Of a stretch of 64,000 nt of DNA, positions 30,452 through 39,344 are shown piece after piece. How positions within the stretch are numbered: the stretch's first letter is position 1; every line of letters starts with the position of its first letter. The notes under the pieces are model-generated. The model was not told the DNA's origin. It saw nothing but the letters and a program-made list of their open reading frames with translations, and did no database searches. The stretch spans positions 1,216,001 through 1,280,000 of the forward strand of contig CAWJWJ010000001.1 of NCBI GenBank assembly GCA_963846575.1, given 5' to 3'. This DNA comes from an uncultured Nitrospiraceae bacterium (GTDB lineage: Bacteria; Nitrospirota; Nitrospiria; Nitrospirales; Nitrospiraceae). The position numbers were made by a program, and so were the translations under genes.

Positions 30452-31624
30452 TCACAATGGTTGGACTTGCACGGACGCGCCTTCACTGACGAGATCCTTT
30501 CCGGAGACGATGAGTTGTTCCTCTCCGGTCAGCCCTTCCAAAACCTCGACACGGTTATCCACACGGGTCCCCAGCCGGACCGGGACCTGATGCGCTTTCC
30601 CGTCCTTGACGACATAGACATATTGGGAGTCCTCCATGCGGCTGACTGCGTCCAGCGGTATTTGGACCGCCTGCGGATGTCTGCCGACCAGGACTTCGAC
30701 ACGGGCGAACATGCCGCCCTTGAGGCGATGATCCTTGTTCGGGAGATCGACTTCGACGGTCATCGTGCGAGTGGCGCGATTCAACGCCTGCACAATACGG
30801 GTGACCGTGCCCTCGAACACCTCGTTCGGATAGGCTTCGGCCCGAACATCTGCGCGCTGGCCGATCTGTATCAAAGGCACGTCCTTCTCCACGACCTCGA
30901 TGAGGGTGCGGACGGTTTCAACATCATGGATACTGAGGATGCCGCGCGACATGGTGGAGGTACTGGCGGTCGTTCCGCTCACATAGGCGCCGGGGTCGAG
31001 ATTGCGTTCCGCGATATAGCCGGCGAACGGGGCGCGGATGGAGGCGTAGGCCAGATTCGTTTCGGCCTGGGCCAGCGCCACCGCCATCTGTTGCACCTGG
31101 GCGCGCAGGGAATCCTGCAGGGCGAGCGCCGCATCGCGATTGACCTCTGCCGTATCCAGGTCCTGTTGGGACACGAACTCGTCCTTGATCAGCGCCCGCA
31201 TGCGGTTGAGCGTCAGCGCGGCGTTGCGTACGGCTGCCTCCTGCTGGACGACCTTCGCCTTCGCGGACAACAGATTCGCCTTCGCCTGGTTGACGGCATG
31301 GACATAGTCGGTGTGATCGATTTCGACGAGCAGTTGATTGGCCTTCACCAGGTCGCCCTTGTCCACGTAGATCTTGGCGATATATCCATCCACGCGCGAG
31401 AAGATGTTGACGAGTTGGTTCGGGATGAGGTCGGCGGTGTAGGTCAGCCGCACGTCCAGGTCCTGCCTGACGGGGCTCATGGTGCCGACGGTGAGAATGC
31501 GGTTTTTTCGCGCGTCGGTCTTGGCGCCGCTGCTGAGTCGAAACACGATCAATGCCGTGACGGCCACGAACAGAATGATGCCCAGGATGACGATCGGATG
31601 GCGCTTGATGGGGTTACCTGACAC
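30452..31624 (-). CDS. RND periplasmic adaptor (MFP)
   Basis: N-terminal TM; lipoyl-like G.I..I.VDKGD.V; IRAPFAG; GMFARV. Confidence 0.93.
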   Translation of the reverse strand: MSGNPIKRHPIVILGIILFVAVTALIVFRLSSGAKTDARKNRILTVGTMSPVRQDLDVRLTYTADLIPNQLVNIFSRVDGYIAKIYVDKGDLVKANQLLVEIDHTDYVHAVNQAKANLLSAKAKVVQQEAAVRNAALTLNRMRALIKDEFVSQQDLDTAEVNRDAALALQDSLRAQVQQMAVALAQAETNLAYASIRAPFAGYIAERNLDPGAYVSGTTASTSTMSRGILSIHDVETVRTLIEVVEKDVPLIQIGQRADVRAEAYPNEVFEGTVTRIVQALNRATRTMTVEVDLPNKDHRLKGGMFARVEVLVGRHPQAVQIPLDAVSRMEDSQYVYVVKDGKAHQVPVRLGTRVDNRVEVLEGLTGEEQLIVSGKDLVSEGASVQVQPL

Positions 31625-32261
31625 GTGAGGATCCTCGCGGCTTGTTCATGGGCGCACGGGTGAGTCCGTGGAGAAAGAGTTCGACATAGGTGTCCACGAT
31701 TTCTTTGTGAGAGCAATGCAATGGCACCTCGAAGATCTCGTGGAGCAGCCGGTGATGGACCACCATGCCGATGAAGGCTCGTGCGGCCAATAGCGGATCG
31801 ATCGGCCGGAAGACGCCTTCGTCAATCCTGGTCTGAATGTACCCGGCAAGATAATCGTAAAACACCCGGTGTTGTTTGCCGAAAAACATGTCCGCCAACT
31901 CGTGGCCTTCGAGCGCGCTAAAGAGCAGCAGTCGAAGCATTGTGGGGTCGGCACCGGGACGGATACGGTAGCCGGCAATCTGCATAAAGACACCGTAGTC
32001 GTCCCGTTTACGGGCCAGGTGGTCGACGGCGCCGAGCAGTTCGCTGAGCGGAGCCTTTTCCGCAAGGATGGCTGCGTAGAGCGCTCGCTTGGTGGGAAAG
32101 TATTTGAACACCAGAGCCTCGCTGACGCCGGCGGCGCGGGCGATTTCCTTGGTGGTGGTCCCCTTGAAGCCTTTCGCCGCAAACAAGGCGGAGGCTGAAG
32201 AAATCAGGCTGGCCTGTCGATCCCGGCTGGGACTGCGCGCAAGGACGGTGTGTGAACTCAT
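31614..32261 (-). CDS. TetR/AcrR-family regulator
   Basis: LFA.KGF.GTTTKEIARAAGVSEALVFKYFPTK. Confidence 0.93.
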   Translation of the reverse strand: MSSHTVLARSPSRDRQASLISSASALFAAKGFKGTTTKEIARAAGVSEALVFKYFPTKRALYAAILAEKAPLSELLGAVDHLARKRDDYGVFMQIAGYRIRPGADPTMLRLLLFSALEGHELADMFFGKQHRVFYDYLAGYIQTRIDEGVFRPIDPLLAARAFIGMVVHHRLLHEIFEVPLHCSHKEIVDTYVELFLHGLTRAPMNKPRGSSRVR

Positions 32262-32275
32262 CAGTATCTTCTCGA

Positions 32276-32297
32276 GGTGAGTGAGTAATCACTCACC
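32276..32297. promoter_or_regulatory. Putative TetR operator
   Basis: Perfect inverted repeat GGTGAGTGA-GTAA-TCACTCACC, 14 nt upstream of the tetR start. Confidence 0.75.
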
Positions 32298-32424
32298 GTT
32301 CAAGCTACCACGAGCCTGAATGGCAAGACAAGAATCTCAGACATGCCGCGAAGGCCCGATCCCTGCGAACCAGGTCGGGATGACGCTCCGTCGGTTCCGG
32401 GGCCTGTCCGGCCAGCTTCCCCCA

Positions 32425-32961
32425 TCAAGGCGCGGGGGCGTTGCTTTCATTGAATTTGGCGCGGAACGCCTGACCTTCAAAGAAGATGATCCCTTGGCCG
32501 GTCCGCACATCATACCGAAGGATGATCTCGCTTTCGTCGCCTTGCCAGTCGAAAAACTTGACGGCCCCTCCGGCCATCTGGCCGGGCGTGCGGTCCAATG
32601 GGCCATATCGCTTTTGCAGAAATTCCAGCAGGCGGTCGTGAGTCTCCTTGCCGTTGTATCGCACCGCCACACGGGCAAAGGCTCCATCGACGGTGCTGAA
32701 TCGCATGGAGTCGACGGGACTTGCTCCCAACGTCGGAGAGGGTCCTCTGAGTTCATACGTACGTACGCGGCCGCTGTCTTCGACCTTTGCGAACGTGTCC
32801 GACTCGGAAAAGGCCGCCCCCCAGGGAATGCCTTCGAAACCGTTGGGATCATTCTGCATGGGAACGGCGAGCGCGATGGATGCCGGCAGCCACGCGGCAA
32901 GAACCAGGAACCTGGCGGCAAGAGTGAAGAGATTGCGTGAGGCGGCGGCGCTGTTGTGCAT
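32425..32961 (-). CDS. Secreted hypothetical protein (paralog B)
   Basis: Signal peptide; aligns by eye with 32963..33505. Confidence 0.8.
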   Translation of the reverse strand: MHNSAAASRNLFTLAARFLVLAAWLPASIALAVPMQNDPNGFEGIPWGAAFSESDTFAKVEDSGRVRTYELRGPSPTLGASPVDSMRFSTVDGAFARVAVRYNGKETHDRLLEFLQKRYGPLDRTPGQMAGGAVKFFDWQGDESEIILRYDVRTGQGIIFFEGQAFRAKFNESNAPAP

Positions 32962-32962
32962 G

Positions 32963-33505
32963 TTACTCCGCAGTGTCCGCAATCCGGTCCTGGAATCGCG
33001 GGGCCAGGGTGCGGCTCTCGATGAAGATAAATCCACGGTCTCTATTGGCTTCATAAGTCAGGCTGATTTCCGTATCCGCCCCGCGCCACGTATATTGCTG
33101 ATTGAGCCCTCGCATCATCTGACCCGGAATCCGGTCGATCATCCCATAGGAGCGTTCCAGAAATTTCAGCACCTGTGCATGTGTCTGCGCGCCGCGGTAG
33201 CGGACGGTGACACGCGCAAACTGGGCATCGACAGTGGAGAGTTGTATGCTCTCGACCGGAACCCCGGCATAAAGCGGGGGCTGCTCGCGAAATTCGTACT
33301 CCGTGGTGTGGGAATTGGTCCGGGTCACGATGAGGTCGGACATCCCGGCAAGCGGGGTACCCCAGGGAATCTGGCGAAACCCGTGTGGGTCGTCTGCCAT
33401 GGTGATGGCGGATGCCGATCCCGCTGTGGCGGACAGGAGCGCACTGAGAACCAGAACGCGGCCGACCGAACGGATGGGTGACCATATCGAGGATGTGTAA
33501 GGCAT
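32963..33505 (-). CDS. Secreted hypothetical protein (paralog A)
   Basis: Signal peptide ending ASA; DP.GF..IPWG motif. Confidence 0.8.
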   Translation of the reverse strand: MPYTSSIWSPIRSVGRVLVLSALLSATAGSASAITMADDPHGFRQIPWGTPLAGMSDLIVTRTNSHTTEYEFREQPPLYAGVPVESIQLSTVDAQFARVTVRYRGAQTHAQVLKFLERSYGMIDRIPGQMMRGLNQQYTWRGADTEISLTYEANRDRGFIFIESRTLAPRFQDRIADTAE

Positions 33506-33573
33506 GGCCGACAGATCTCGTTTCGCACGCTACCATGGTTGTCGAGCTGACGGCAACTGTCGAGCGGCCGTTC

Positions 33574-33602
33574 TTGTGAATGCAGGACCCCTTGGCTATA
33601 AT
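33574..33602 (+). promoter_or_regulatory. sigma70-type promoter of the decarboxylase operon
   Basis: TTGTGA-N17-TATAAT. Confidence 0.6.
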
Positions 33603-33646
33603 GCGCGCTCTCGTGCGCAGTCCCTCGGGCATTAGAGGCGGGGTTC

Positions 33647-34144
33647 ATGATCGACAGCGACGTATTTGTGCAGGCGCTCCAGGAGATGGGCGTCAATTTT
33701 TTTACGGGCGTGCCCGATTCAATTCTGGGCGGGATCATCGAAGAACTGATGACACGCAAAGCCTATACTCCCGCCGTGCGGGAGGATGAAGCCGTCGCCA
33801 TGGCCGCGGGCGCCTACATGGCCGGAAAGGTACCCGCCGTGCTCATGCAGAATTCAGGGCTGGGCACTTCGCTGAACACGCTGATTTCCCTTAATATGAT
33901 CTATCGGCAGCCTTGTATTTTGCTCGTGTCGTGGCGGGGAGCTCAAGGCAATGACGCACCGGAGCATCTCGTCATGGGAGAGACCATGGTGCCGCTGCTC
34001 GAGACGATGAAGATCCCCCACCGGATCCTGTCGGAGCAAACGATGGCGGATGATTTCCGGTGGATGGGACAAACGTTTATGAAACAGCGCATTCCGCTCG
34101 CGCTCGTGATCAAGAAGGGCATTGTCAAAGGGCTGCACCCATGA
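33647..34144 (+). CDS. Phosphonopyruvate/sulfopyruvate decarboxylase alpha subunit
   Basis: TGVPDS, EDEAVAMAAG, MQNSGLG, WRG, PEH. Confidence 0.88.
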   Translation: MIDSDVFVQALQEMGVNFFTGVPDSILGGIIEELMTRKAYTPAVREDEAVAMAAGAYMAGKVPAVLMQNSGLGTSLNTLISLNMIYRQPCILLVSWRGAQGNDAPEHLVMGETMVPLLETMKIPHRILSEQTMADDFRWMGQTFMKQRIPLALVIKKGIVKGLHP

Positions 34145-34719
34145 GGCCGGAAGAAGGCACCATGCAGAGCCGGGCCCAGGCCATGGCCGCGTTGCTGGAA
34201 TTGTTGACGGATCAGCCGGTGATCGTATGCAATGGATTTCCTTCCCGGGAGGCGCAGAAGCTTGCGGACCGGCCGACCCACTTCTACATGATCGGGTCGA
34301 TGGGGAATGCGGCCGCGATCGGACTCGGTGTGGCATTGGCCAAGCCCGCCAAGCAAGTCATCGTGTTCGACGGGGACGGGAATGTCCTGATGGGAATGGG
34401 AACCCTGGCGACCGTGGGCGCCTTGAAGCCGAAAAACTTCATTCATGTCGTCTTCGATAATGAAGTGTACGGGTCGACCGGCAACCAGCCGACGATCTCC
34501 AACGTGGTCCCGCTGGAAAAGGTGGCGAAGGCCGCAGGGTATGCCCATGTGGAGCGGGTGCTCGACCGGGACGATCTGCTGTATGAGTTCAAAGATCTGC
34601 TGAAAAAAGACGGGCCGAGCATGTTGCTGATCAAGGTCAACGAATTCGTGGAAGATGCCGGCCGTATCCTCCATGAGCCGCCGGCCATCACCGCTCGGTT
34701 CATGAAAGCGATTGAATAG
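34141..34719 (+). CDS. Phosphonopyruvate/sulfopyruvate decarboxylase beta (ThDP-binding) subunit
   Basis: FYMIGSMG, DGDG..LM, DN..YGSTG.Q; ATGA overlap. Confidence 0.88.
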   Translation: MRPEEGTMQSRAQAMAALLELLTDQPVIVCNGFPSREAQKLADRPTHFYMIGSMGNAAAIGLGVALAKPAKQVIVFDGDGNVLMGMGTLATVGALKPKNFIHVVFDNEVYGSTGNQPTISNVVPLEKVAKAAGYAHVERVLDRDDLLYEFKDLLKKDGPSMLLIKVNEFVEDAGRILHEPPAITARFMKAIE

Positions 34720-34781
34720 CCCCGTGTGCTGAGTGTGATGTGTGGGGCCGCGCCGCTCAGTTTCGATCCACAGCCTGAGGC

Positions 34782-35882
34782 ATGAACATGATACTTTTGA
34801 ATCCAGGTCCGGTGAACGTGAGCGAACGGGTGCGACAGGCCTTGATGCGCCCGGACATCTGCCATCGAGAAGCCGAGTTCTCTGAACTTCTGAGTCGGAT
34901 TCAGCAGAAATTACTGACGGCGTTCGTGCCGGGGGCGGAATCCGACTATGTGGCGGTTGTCTTGTCCGGCTCCGGCACCGCCGCAGTGGAGTCTGCCGTG
35001 ATGTCCTGCCTTCCGACTGGAAAACGCATGCTCGTGCTTAACAACGGGGTCTATGGCGAGCGGCTGTCCAACATGATCGGATTGCATCGACTCGGCGTGT
35101 CCGAACTGAAGTCCGAATGGCACATCAAGCCCGATCCGGAGCGGGTGCGGTTGGCATTGCGCCAGCATCCCGAGGTGCACGCGGTTGCCATGGTCCACCA
35201 TGAAACGACCACCGGCTTGATTAATCCCATCAAGGAAATTGCGGAGGTTGTCGATAGTCAGAACCGCGTGTTTGTGGTCGACTCCGTGAGCGGCCTCGGC
35301 GGCGAAAGCATCGATATCGCCGGCTCGCACATGTATATGGTGGCGGGTACCGCCGGAAAGTGCATCCAAGGTTTTCCCGGTGTTTCTTTCGTTCTCCTGC
35401 GCAAAGGGTTTTTGGAACGGATGCGCGGCTATCCCAAGCGGTCGTGGTATCTCCACATGACCCACTATGTGGACGATCAGGGCAGGGGAATGGTGCCCTT
35501 TACCCCGGCCGTCCAAGTCTATTACGCCTTTGAGGAGGCCTTGAACGAATTGTTGGAGGAGGGAGTTGCCAACCGGGCACAGCGATACCGGCGGACTGCC
35601 ACGCGCATCCGGGAGCGCCTCGCGCAACTGGGCGTCAAATCCTTGTTGCCGGCGGAGTCCCAATCGAATACCATCACGGCGTTTCATCTGCCTGCCGGCC
35701 TCACCTATGCGTTTTTGCACGATCAATTGAAAACCCGTGGCTACGTGATCTACGCAGGGCAGGGGCAGTTGGAGTCGAAGATTTTCCGTATTGCCAATAT
35801 GGGCGCGTTGACCGAATCGGACATCCAGGGATTTCTCACGGCCTTCGAGCAGGTGCTCGCGGGCGCTGCCGTGCACACATGA
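34782..35882 (+). CDS. 2-aminoethylphosphonate aminotransferase-like (class V PLP)
   Basis: LLNPGPV, GSGT.AVE, NG.YG.R, HHETTTG, DSVS, K-CIQG.PG, PFTP, IY.G, FRIANMG. Confidence 0.88.
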   Translation: MNMILLNPGPVNVSERVRQALMRPDICHREAEFSELLSRIQQKLLTAFVPGAESDYVAVVLSGSGTAAVESAVMSCLPTGKRMLVLNNGVYGERLSNMIGLHRLGVSELKSEWHIKPDPERVRLALRQHPEVHAVAMVHHETTTGLINPIKEIAEVVDSQNRVFVVDSVSGLGGESIDIAGSHMYMVAGTAGKCIQGFPGVSFVLLRKGFLERMRGYPKRSWYLHMTHYVDDQGRGMVPFTPAVQVYYAFEEALNELLEEGVANRAQRYRRTATRIRERLAQLGVKSLLPAESQSNTITAFHLPAGLTYAFLHDQLKTRGYVIYAGQGQLESKIFRIANMGALTESDIQGFLTAFEQVLAGAAVHT

Positions 35883-36598
35883 AAGCCATTATTCTGGCCG
35901 CCGGAGTCGGCAAGCGTCTCTGGCCGGTGACTCAACATAAGCCGAAGTGTCTGATCGAAATCGGCGGGCAGACGCTGCTGTCCCGCTATCTCGAGGTGTT
36001 GGCGAGCGTCAAGATCAAGGATGTCACGATTGTGGTCGGATACAAGCAGGAGATGATCCGGGCCGCGGTCGGGACGCAGTACAAGGGCGTCAGCATCACC
36101 TATCTCGTGAACGAAGAGTTTCACCGTGGCAGCATTTCCTCGCTTTGGATCGCGCGGTCGGCGTTTTCCGACGACGTCGTGATTATGGATGCGGATGTGT
36201 TGTTCCATCGCGAGATCCTCAGGCGCTTGGTGCAGTCGCCGTTTACCAACTGCCTGCTGATGGATGACACGGTCAAGCAGACGGGCGAAGAATGCATGGT
36301 GGTGGTCCAGGGCGGGCGGGTGGTCGCCTTGAGCAAAAAGATGCCCGAGCGGTACGATGTCGCGGGCGAGGGCGTGGGATTTCTTAAGGTGCGGCGAGCC
36401 GATACGGCCCATGTCATCGGTTCACTCAAACAGTATGTCGATCAAGGCCGCTGGGAGATGGAGTATGAAGACGGCTTGCTCCAGTATTTTCAGGACGTGA
36501 AAGTCGGACACGAAAAGATCGGGGGGCTTCCTTGGACGGAAATCGACTTCCCCGAGGACATCACGCGGGCCGAGCGCGAGATCTTGCCGCGGCTGTAA
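35879..36598 (+). CDS. LicC/PntC-like cytidylyltransferase
   Basis: AIILAAG.G.RL...T...PKCL; DAD; W.EIDFPED. Confidence 0.88.
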   Translation: MKAIILAAGVGKRLWPVTQHKPKCLIEIGGQTLLSRYLEVLASVKIKDVTIVVGYKQEMIRAAVGTQYKGVSITYLVNEEFHRGSISSLWIARSAFSDDVVIMDADVLFHREILRRLVQSPFTNCLLMDDTVKQTGEECMVVVQGGRVVALSKKMPERYDVAGEGVGFLKVRRADTAHVIGSLKQYVDQGRWEMEYEDGLLQYFQDVKVGHEKIGGLPWTEIDFPEDITRAEREILPRL

Positions 36599-36619
36599 GT
36601 TCTTCGAGACAGGATTGCC

Positions 36620-38074
36620 ATGAGCGAAAGCACACTGGAACGCGGCGCTGAATTGCAGGGATTGAGCACGGCCATTTTGTTGCCGGGCGCCGCTCTCTTC
36701 GGCAATCGCCCCGGTCGGGGTGTGACCGACGTCGGTCCGCTCACCCTCATCGGAGGGCTCAGTCTCTTCCAACGTACGGTGCTCACGCTGCAGAGAGCCG
36801 GTATTCGCCAGCTCATCATCCTGGCGGGCGCCGACGAAGAGTTGCTCAAACACACGCTGGGGAGAGGGGCCCGGGTCACGATTCCGGTTCGATGGATGCC
36901 GGTCAGGGAGTTCCCGCTCGACGATCCCCGTACCTGGGAATCGCTGGCCACCGAGATGCGCGGATTCTGTCTGGTCGCCGGGGTTCAGGCATTGTTTTCC
37001 AGAAGCCTGATCGAACACCTACGACAGACGGTGCGTGACGGCGAAGCGGTCGTCGTGACACGCGAAACCGGCGCGATCGAACCAGCGGTGGGCCGGCGGA
37101 ACCCGGCTGTCGCGTTCGAGGAAGGCCGGCTCGTTTCTTTCCGTCACGACACGGCCGCTGAAGGCCAGCAGGTAGCCGCCGATCTGGTCGTGTTGCCGGC
37201 GAGTATCCTCAGCCGCCCGGACGGGCCGTCCTCTTCGACCGGTGACGCCGGCTCAGACGCACTGGGGATGGTCCCCGTGCGCCGGTGGCTTGAGCGGGCG
37301 GCGGCCGAAGGTCGGGTGCGGGTTGTGTCGGCCGCATCCCACGCGGGACTTTGGTACCGAGACGTGTGGGACCAGACGAGCGCCGGCATTGCAGAGCGCA
37401 CCCTCTTGCGTTCGCTCAAGGGAGAGGCTGAAGGATTCGTCGACCGGTACTTCAATCGGACCTTCTCCCGGCTGCTGACAAGAGCCTTTCTGTGGATGAA
37501 ATGCTCGCCCAATACGATCACCATGATTGCAACGGCGGTTGGGTTGTTCGCAGCCATCGGGTTCGGGTGGGGGACCTACCAAGCCGGGATCATTGCCGCA
37601 TTGTTATTTCAATTGGCGGCGGTGATTGATTGCTGCGACGGGGAAGTCGCCCGCCTCACCTTTAGCGAATCAGCGTTCGGCGCATGGCTCGACATCACCA
37701 TGGACAATGTGGTGCATATCGCCATTTTCGCCGGGATCGCCTGTGGAGCCTATTTGCGGCAATCCGGAACCGAGGGCGCCTGGGTGCCCCTGGCCCTCGG
37801 TGGTGCGGCTGTATTAGGTAATGTGATGTCCTTCTGGTTGGTGACGAAGGCCCAAAAGATCGGCGCGACGGGGGGCTGGCATACGCCGACACAGGCCGCT
37901 TGGTCTGACTTTATTCTCAAGAACGTTGCCAGCCGGGACTTCTCCGTGGTGGTGCTCCTCTTCGCGATACTGGATAAGCTCGAATGGTTTCTGTGGATGG
38001 CCGCGCTCGGGTCAACGGTGTTTTGGCTGTTGATGGTCTGGGTCATTCGCCCGTCGGCACGCGCTCGTGCTTAA
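36620..38074 (+). CDS. Degenerate NTP-transferase-like domain fused to CDP-alcohol phosphatidyltransferase
   Basis: PN.IT; DCCDGEVAR-x7-G-x3-D-x3-D signature; C-terminal TMs. Confidence 0.88.
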   Translation: MSESTLERGAELQGLSTAILLPGAALFGNRPGRGVTDVGPLTLIGGLSLFQRTVLTLQRAGIRQLIILAGADEELLKHTLGRGARVTIPVRWMPVREFPLDDPRTWESLATEMRGFCLVAGVQALFSRSLIEHLRQTVRDGEAVVVTRETGAIEPAVGRRNPAVAFEEGRLVSFRHDTAAEGQQVAADLVVLPASILSRPDGPSSSTGDAGSDALGMVPVRRWLERAAAEGRVRVVSAASHAGLWYRDVWDQTSAGIAERTLLRSLKGEAEGFVDRYFNRTFSRLLTRAFLWMKCSPNTITMIATAVGLFAAIGFGWGTYQAGIIAALLFQLAAVIDCCDGEVARLTFSESAFGAWLDITMDNVVHIAIFAGIACGAYLRQSGTEGAWVPLALGGAAVLGNVMSFWLVTKAQKIGATGGWHTPTQAAWSDFILKNVASRDFSVVVLLFAILDKLEWFLWMAALGSTVFWLLMVWVIRPSARARA

Positions 38075-39062
38075 AACCGCGCTCCTGCTCATCGGAGCGC
38101 TGACTCTCTCCCTCCTTGTCTGGCACATCGGCATTGCCCGGATCTATGAGGCCGTGACCCAGTTGGGTCCTGCCGCGATAGGGGCGATTCTTCTGCCTTC
38201 CCTGCTCATGTACCTGCTCGAGGCCTATGGCTGGCGTGTGACGCTCGGCCGGTGGGCGGAGGAGGTGCCGTTCTGGCGGGTGTTGGCGATTCGCACGGCA
38301 GGGGAAGTGGTGAATATGACCACGCCCACCGCCTATGTGGGCGGCGAACCGCTCAAGGCCTACCTACTCAAACGCCAGGGCGTCCCGCTAGTTGAGGGGT
38401 TGGCGTCGGTGGTGACGGCCAAAACCACGATGACTATCGCCCAGATCCTCTTCATTCTGGCGGGAATCGGGCTGGGTTTCTGGCTCTTGGGCTCCGAGGG
38501 GTCAGCGGGTCAGACCATCACGGCTGCCCTGGTCAGCGCCGGATTGCTGGTATTCGGCGTAGGGGCGTTTGTCCTCGTCCAGCGCCAGGGCCTGTTTACA
38601 TGGATGTTACGGGTCTTGCGCCGCGTCGGGATCCGGATTCAGTATCTGGAGTCGCGTGAACAGAAGCTGCTCGAATTGGATCGGACGATTGCTCACTTCT
38701 ATGCCGGGCGACGGCAGGCGTTTCTCTTGTCCACGGGGTTGTTCCTGCTCGGCTGGCTGGCTGAGGCATTAGAGGTGTTTGTGATGGTACTGTGCCTCGG
38801 GCAACCCATCAGCGTCCTGTCCGCCGTGGCTATCGGCGCGCTCTCGGTGTTTATCAAGGGCGGCACCTTTTTTATCCCCGGTAGCCTGGGGGCACAGGAT
38901 GCGGGCAATTTATTGTTGCTGACGGCCTTTGGATACGGGGAAGTCACAGGCATCATGTTCGCGCTTTTGCGGCGTTTTCGAGAATTCGTGTGGATCCTCC
39001 TCGGACTTGCCTGTCTGGCCGTGATGACCAAAGGTGTCGATCGCTCCCTCTCCACCGAGTGA
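38067..39062 (+). CDS. Lysylphosphatidylglycerol-synthase TM (flippase-like) protein
   Basis: N..TP...GGEP.K, PGSLG..DAG, RRFRE; multiple TMs. Confidence 0.85.
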   Translation: MLKTALLLIGALTLSLLVWHIGIARIYEAVTQLGPAAIGAILLPSLLMYLLEAYGWRVTLGRWAEEVPFWRVLAIRTAGEVVNMTTPTAYVGGEPLKAYLLKRQGVPLVEGLASVVTAKTTMTIAQILFILAGIGLGFWLLGSEGSAGQTITAALVSAGLLVFGVGAFVLVQRQGLFTWMLRVLRRVGIRIQYLESREQKLLELDRTIAHFYAGRRQAFLLSTGLFLLGWLAEALEVFVMVLCLGQPISVLSAVAIGALSVFIKGGTFFIPGSLGAQDAGNLLLLTAFGYGEVTGIMFALLRRFREFVWILLGLACLAVMTKGVDRSLSTE

Positions 39063-39344
39063 CGAGCCCGGCTCCTCGCCTCGAAATTTCCCGTCGAAGT
39101 GCAGAGTGGTGCAGCCACAGCTCTGTCCGATGTGATGAGCGATCGAGGCGAGCCGGGCGTGAACACGCGGCTGCGTCAGTACGAAGCAACCGTCCGCCTC
39201 GCCGTTGAGCCAGGTGTCGTTTCATCGCGATATGTAGCTGAAACCTGCGCGCTACGGTAGAGTATTGCTGCAAAGCGGTTCGTCACGATTCGAACAACAG
39301 TTGACGCAAACGGGAGCGACGCAACTCTAGGAGCGGGTGAGGCC

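Noticed and set aside
30254..31621. Long antisense ORFs (also 5350..6675, 40406..41650, 41629..42855 and others)
   Set aside because: Shadow frames of well-supported genes in GC-rich DNA
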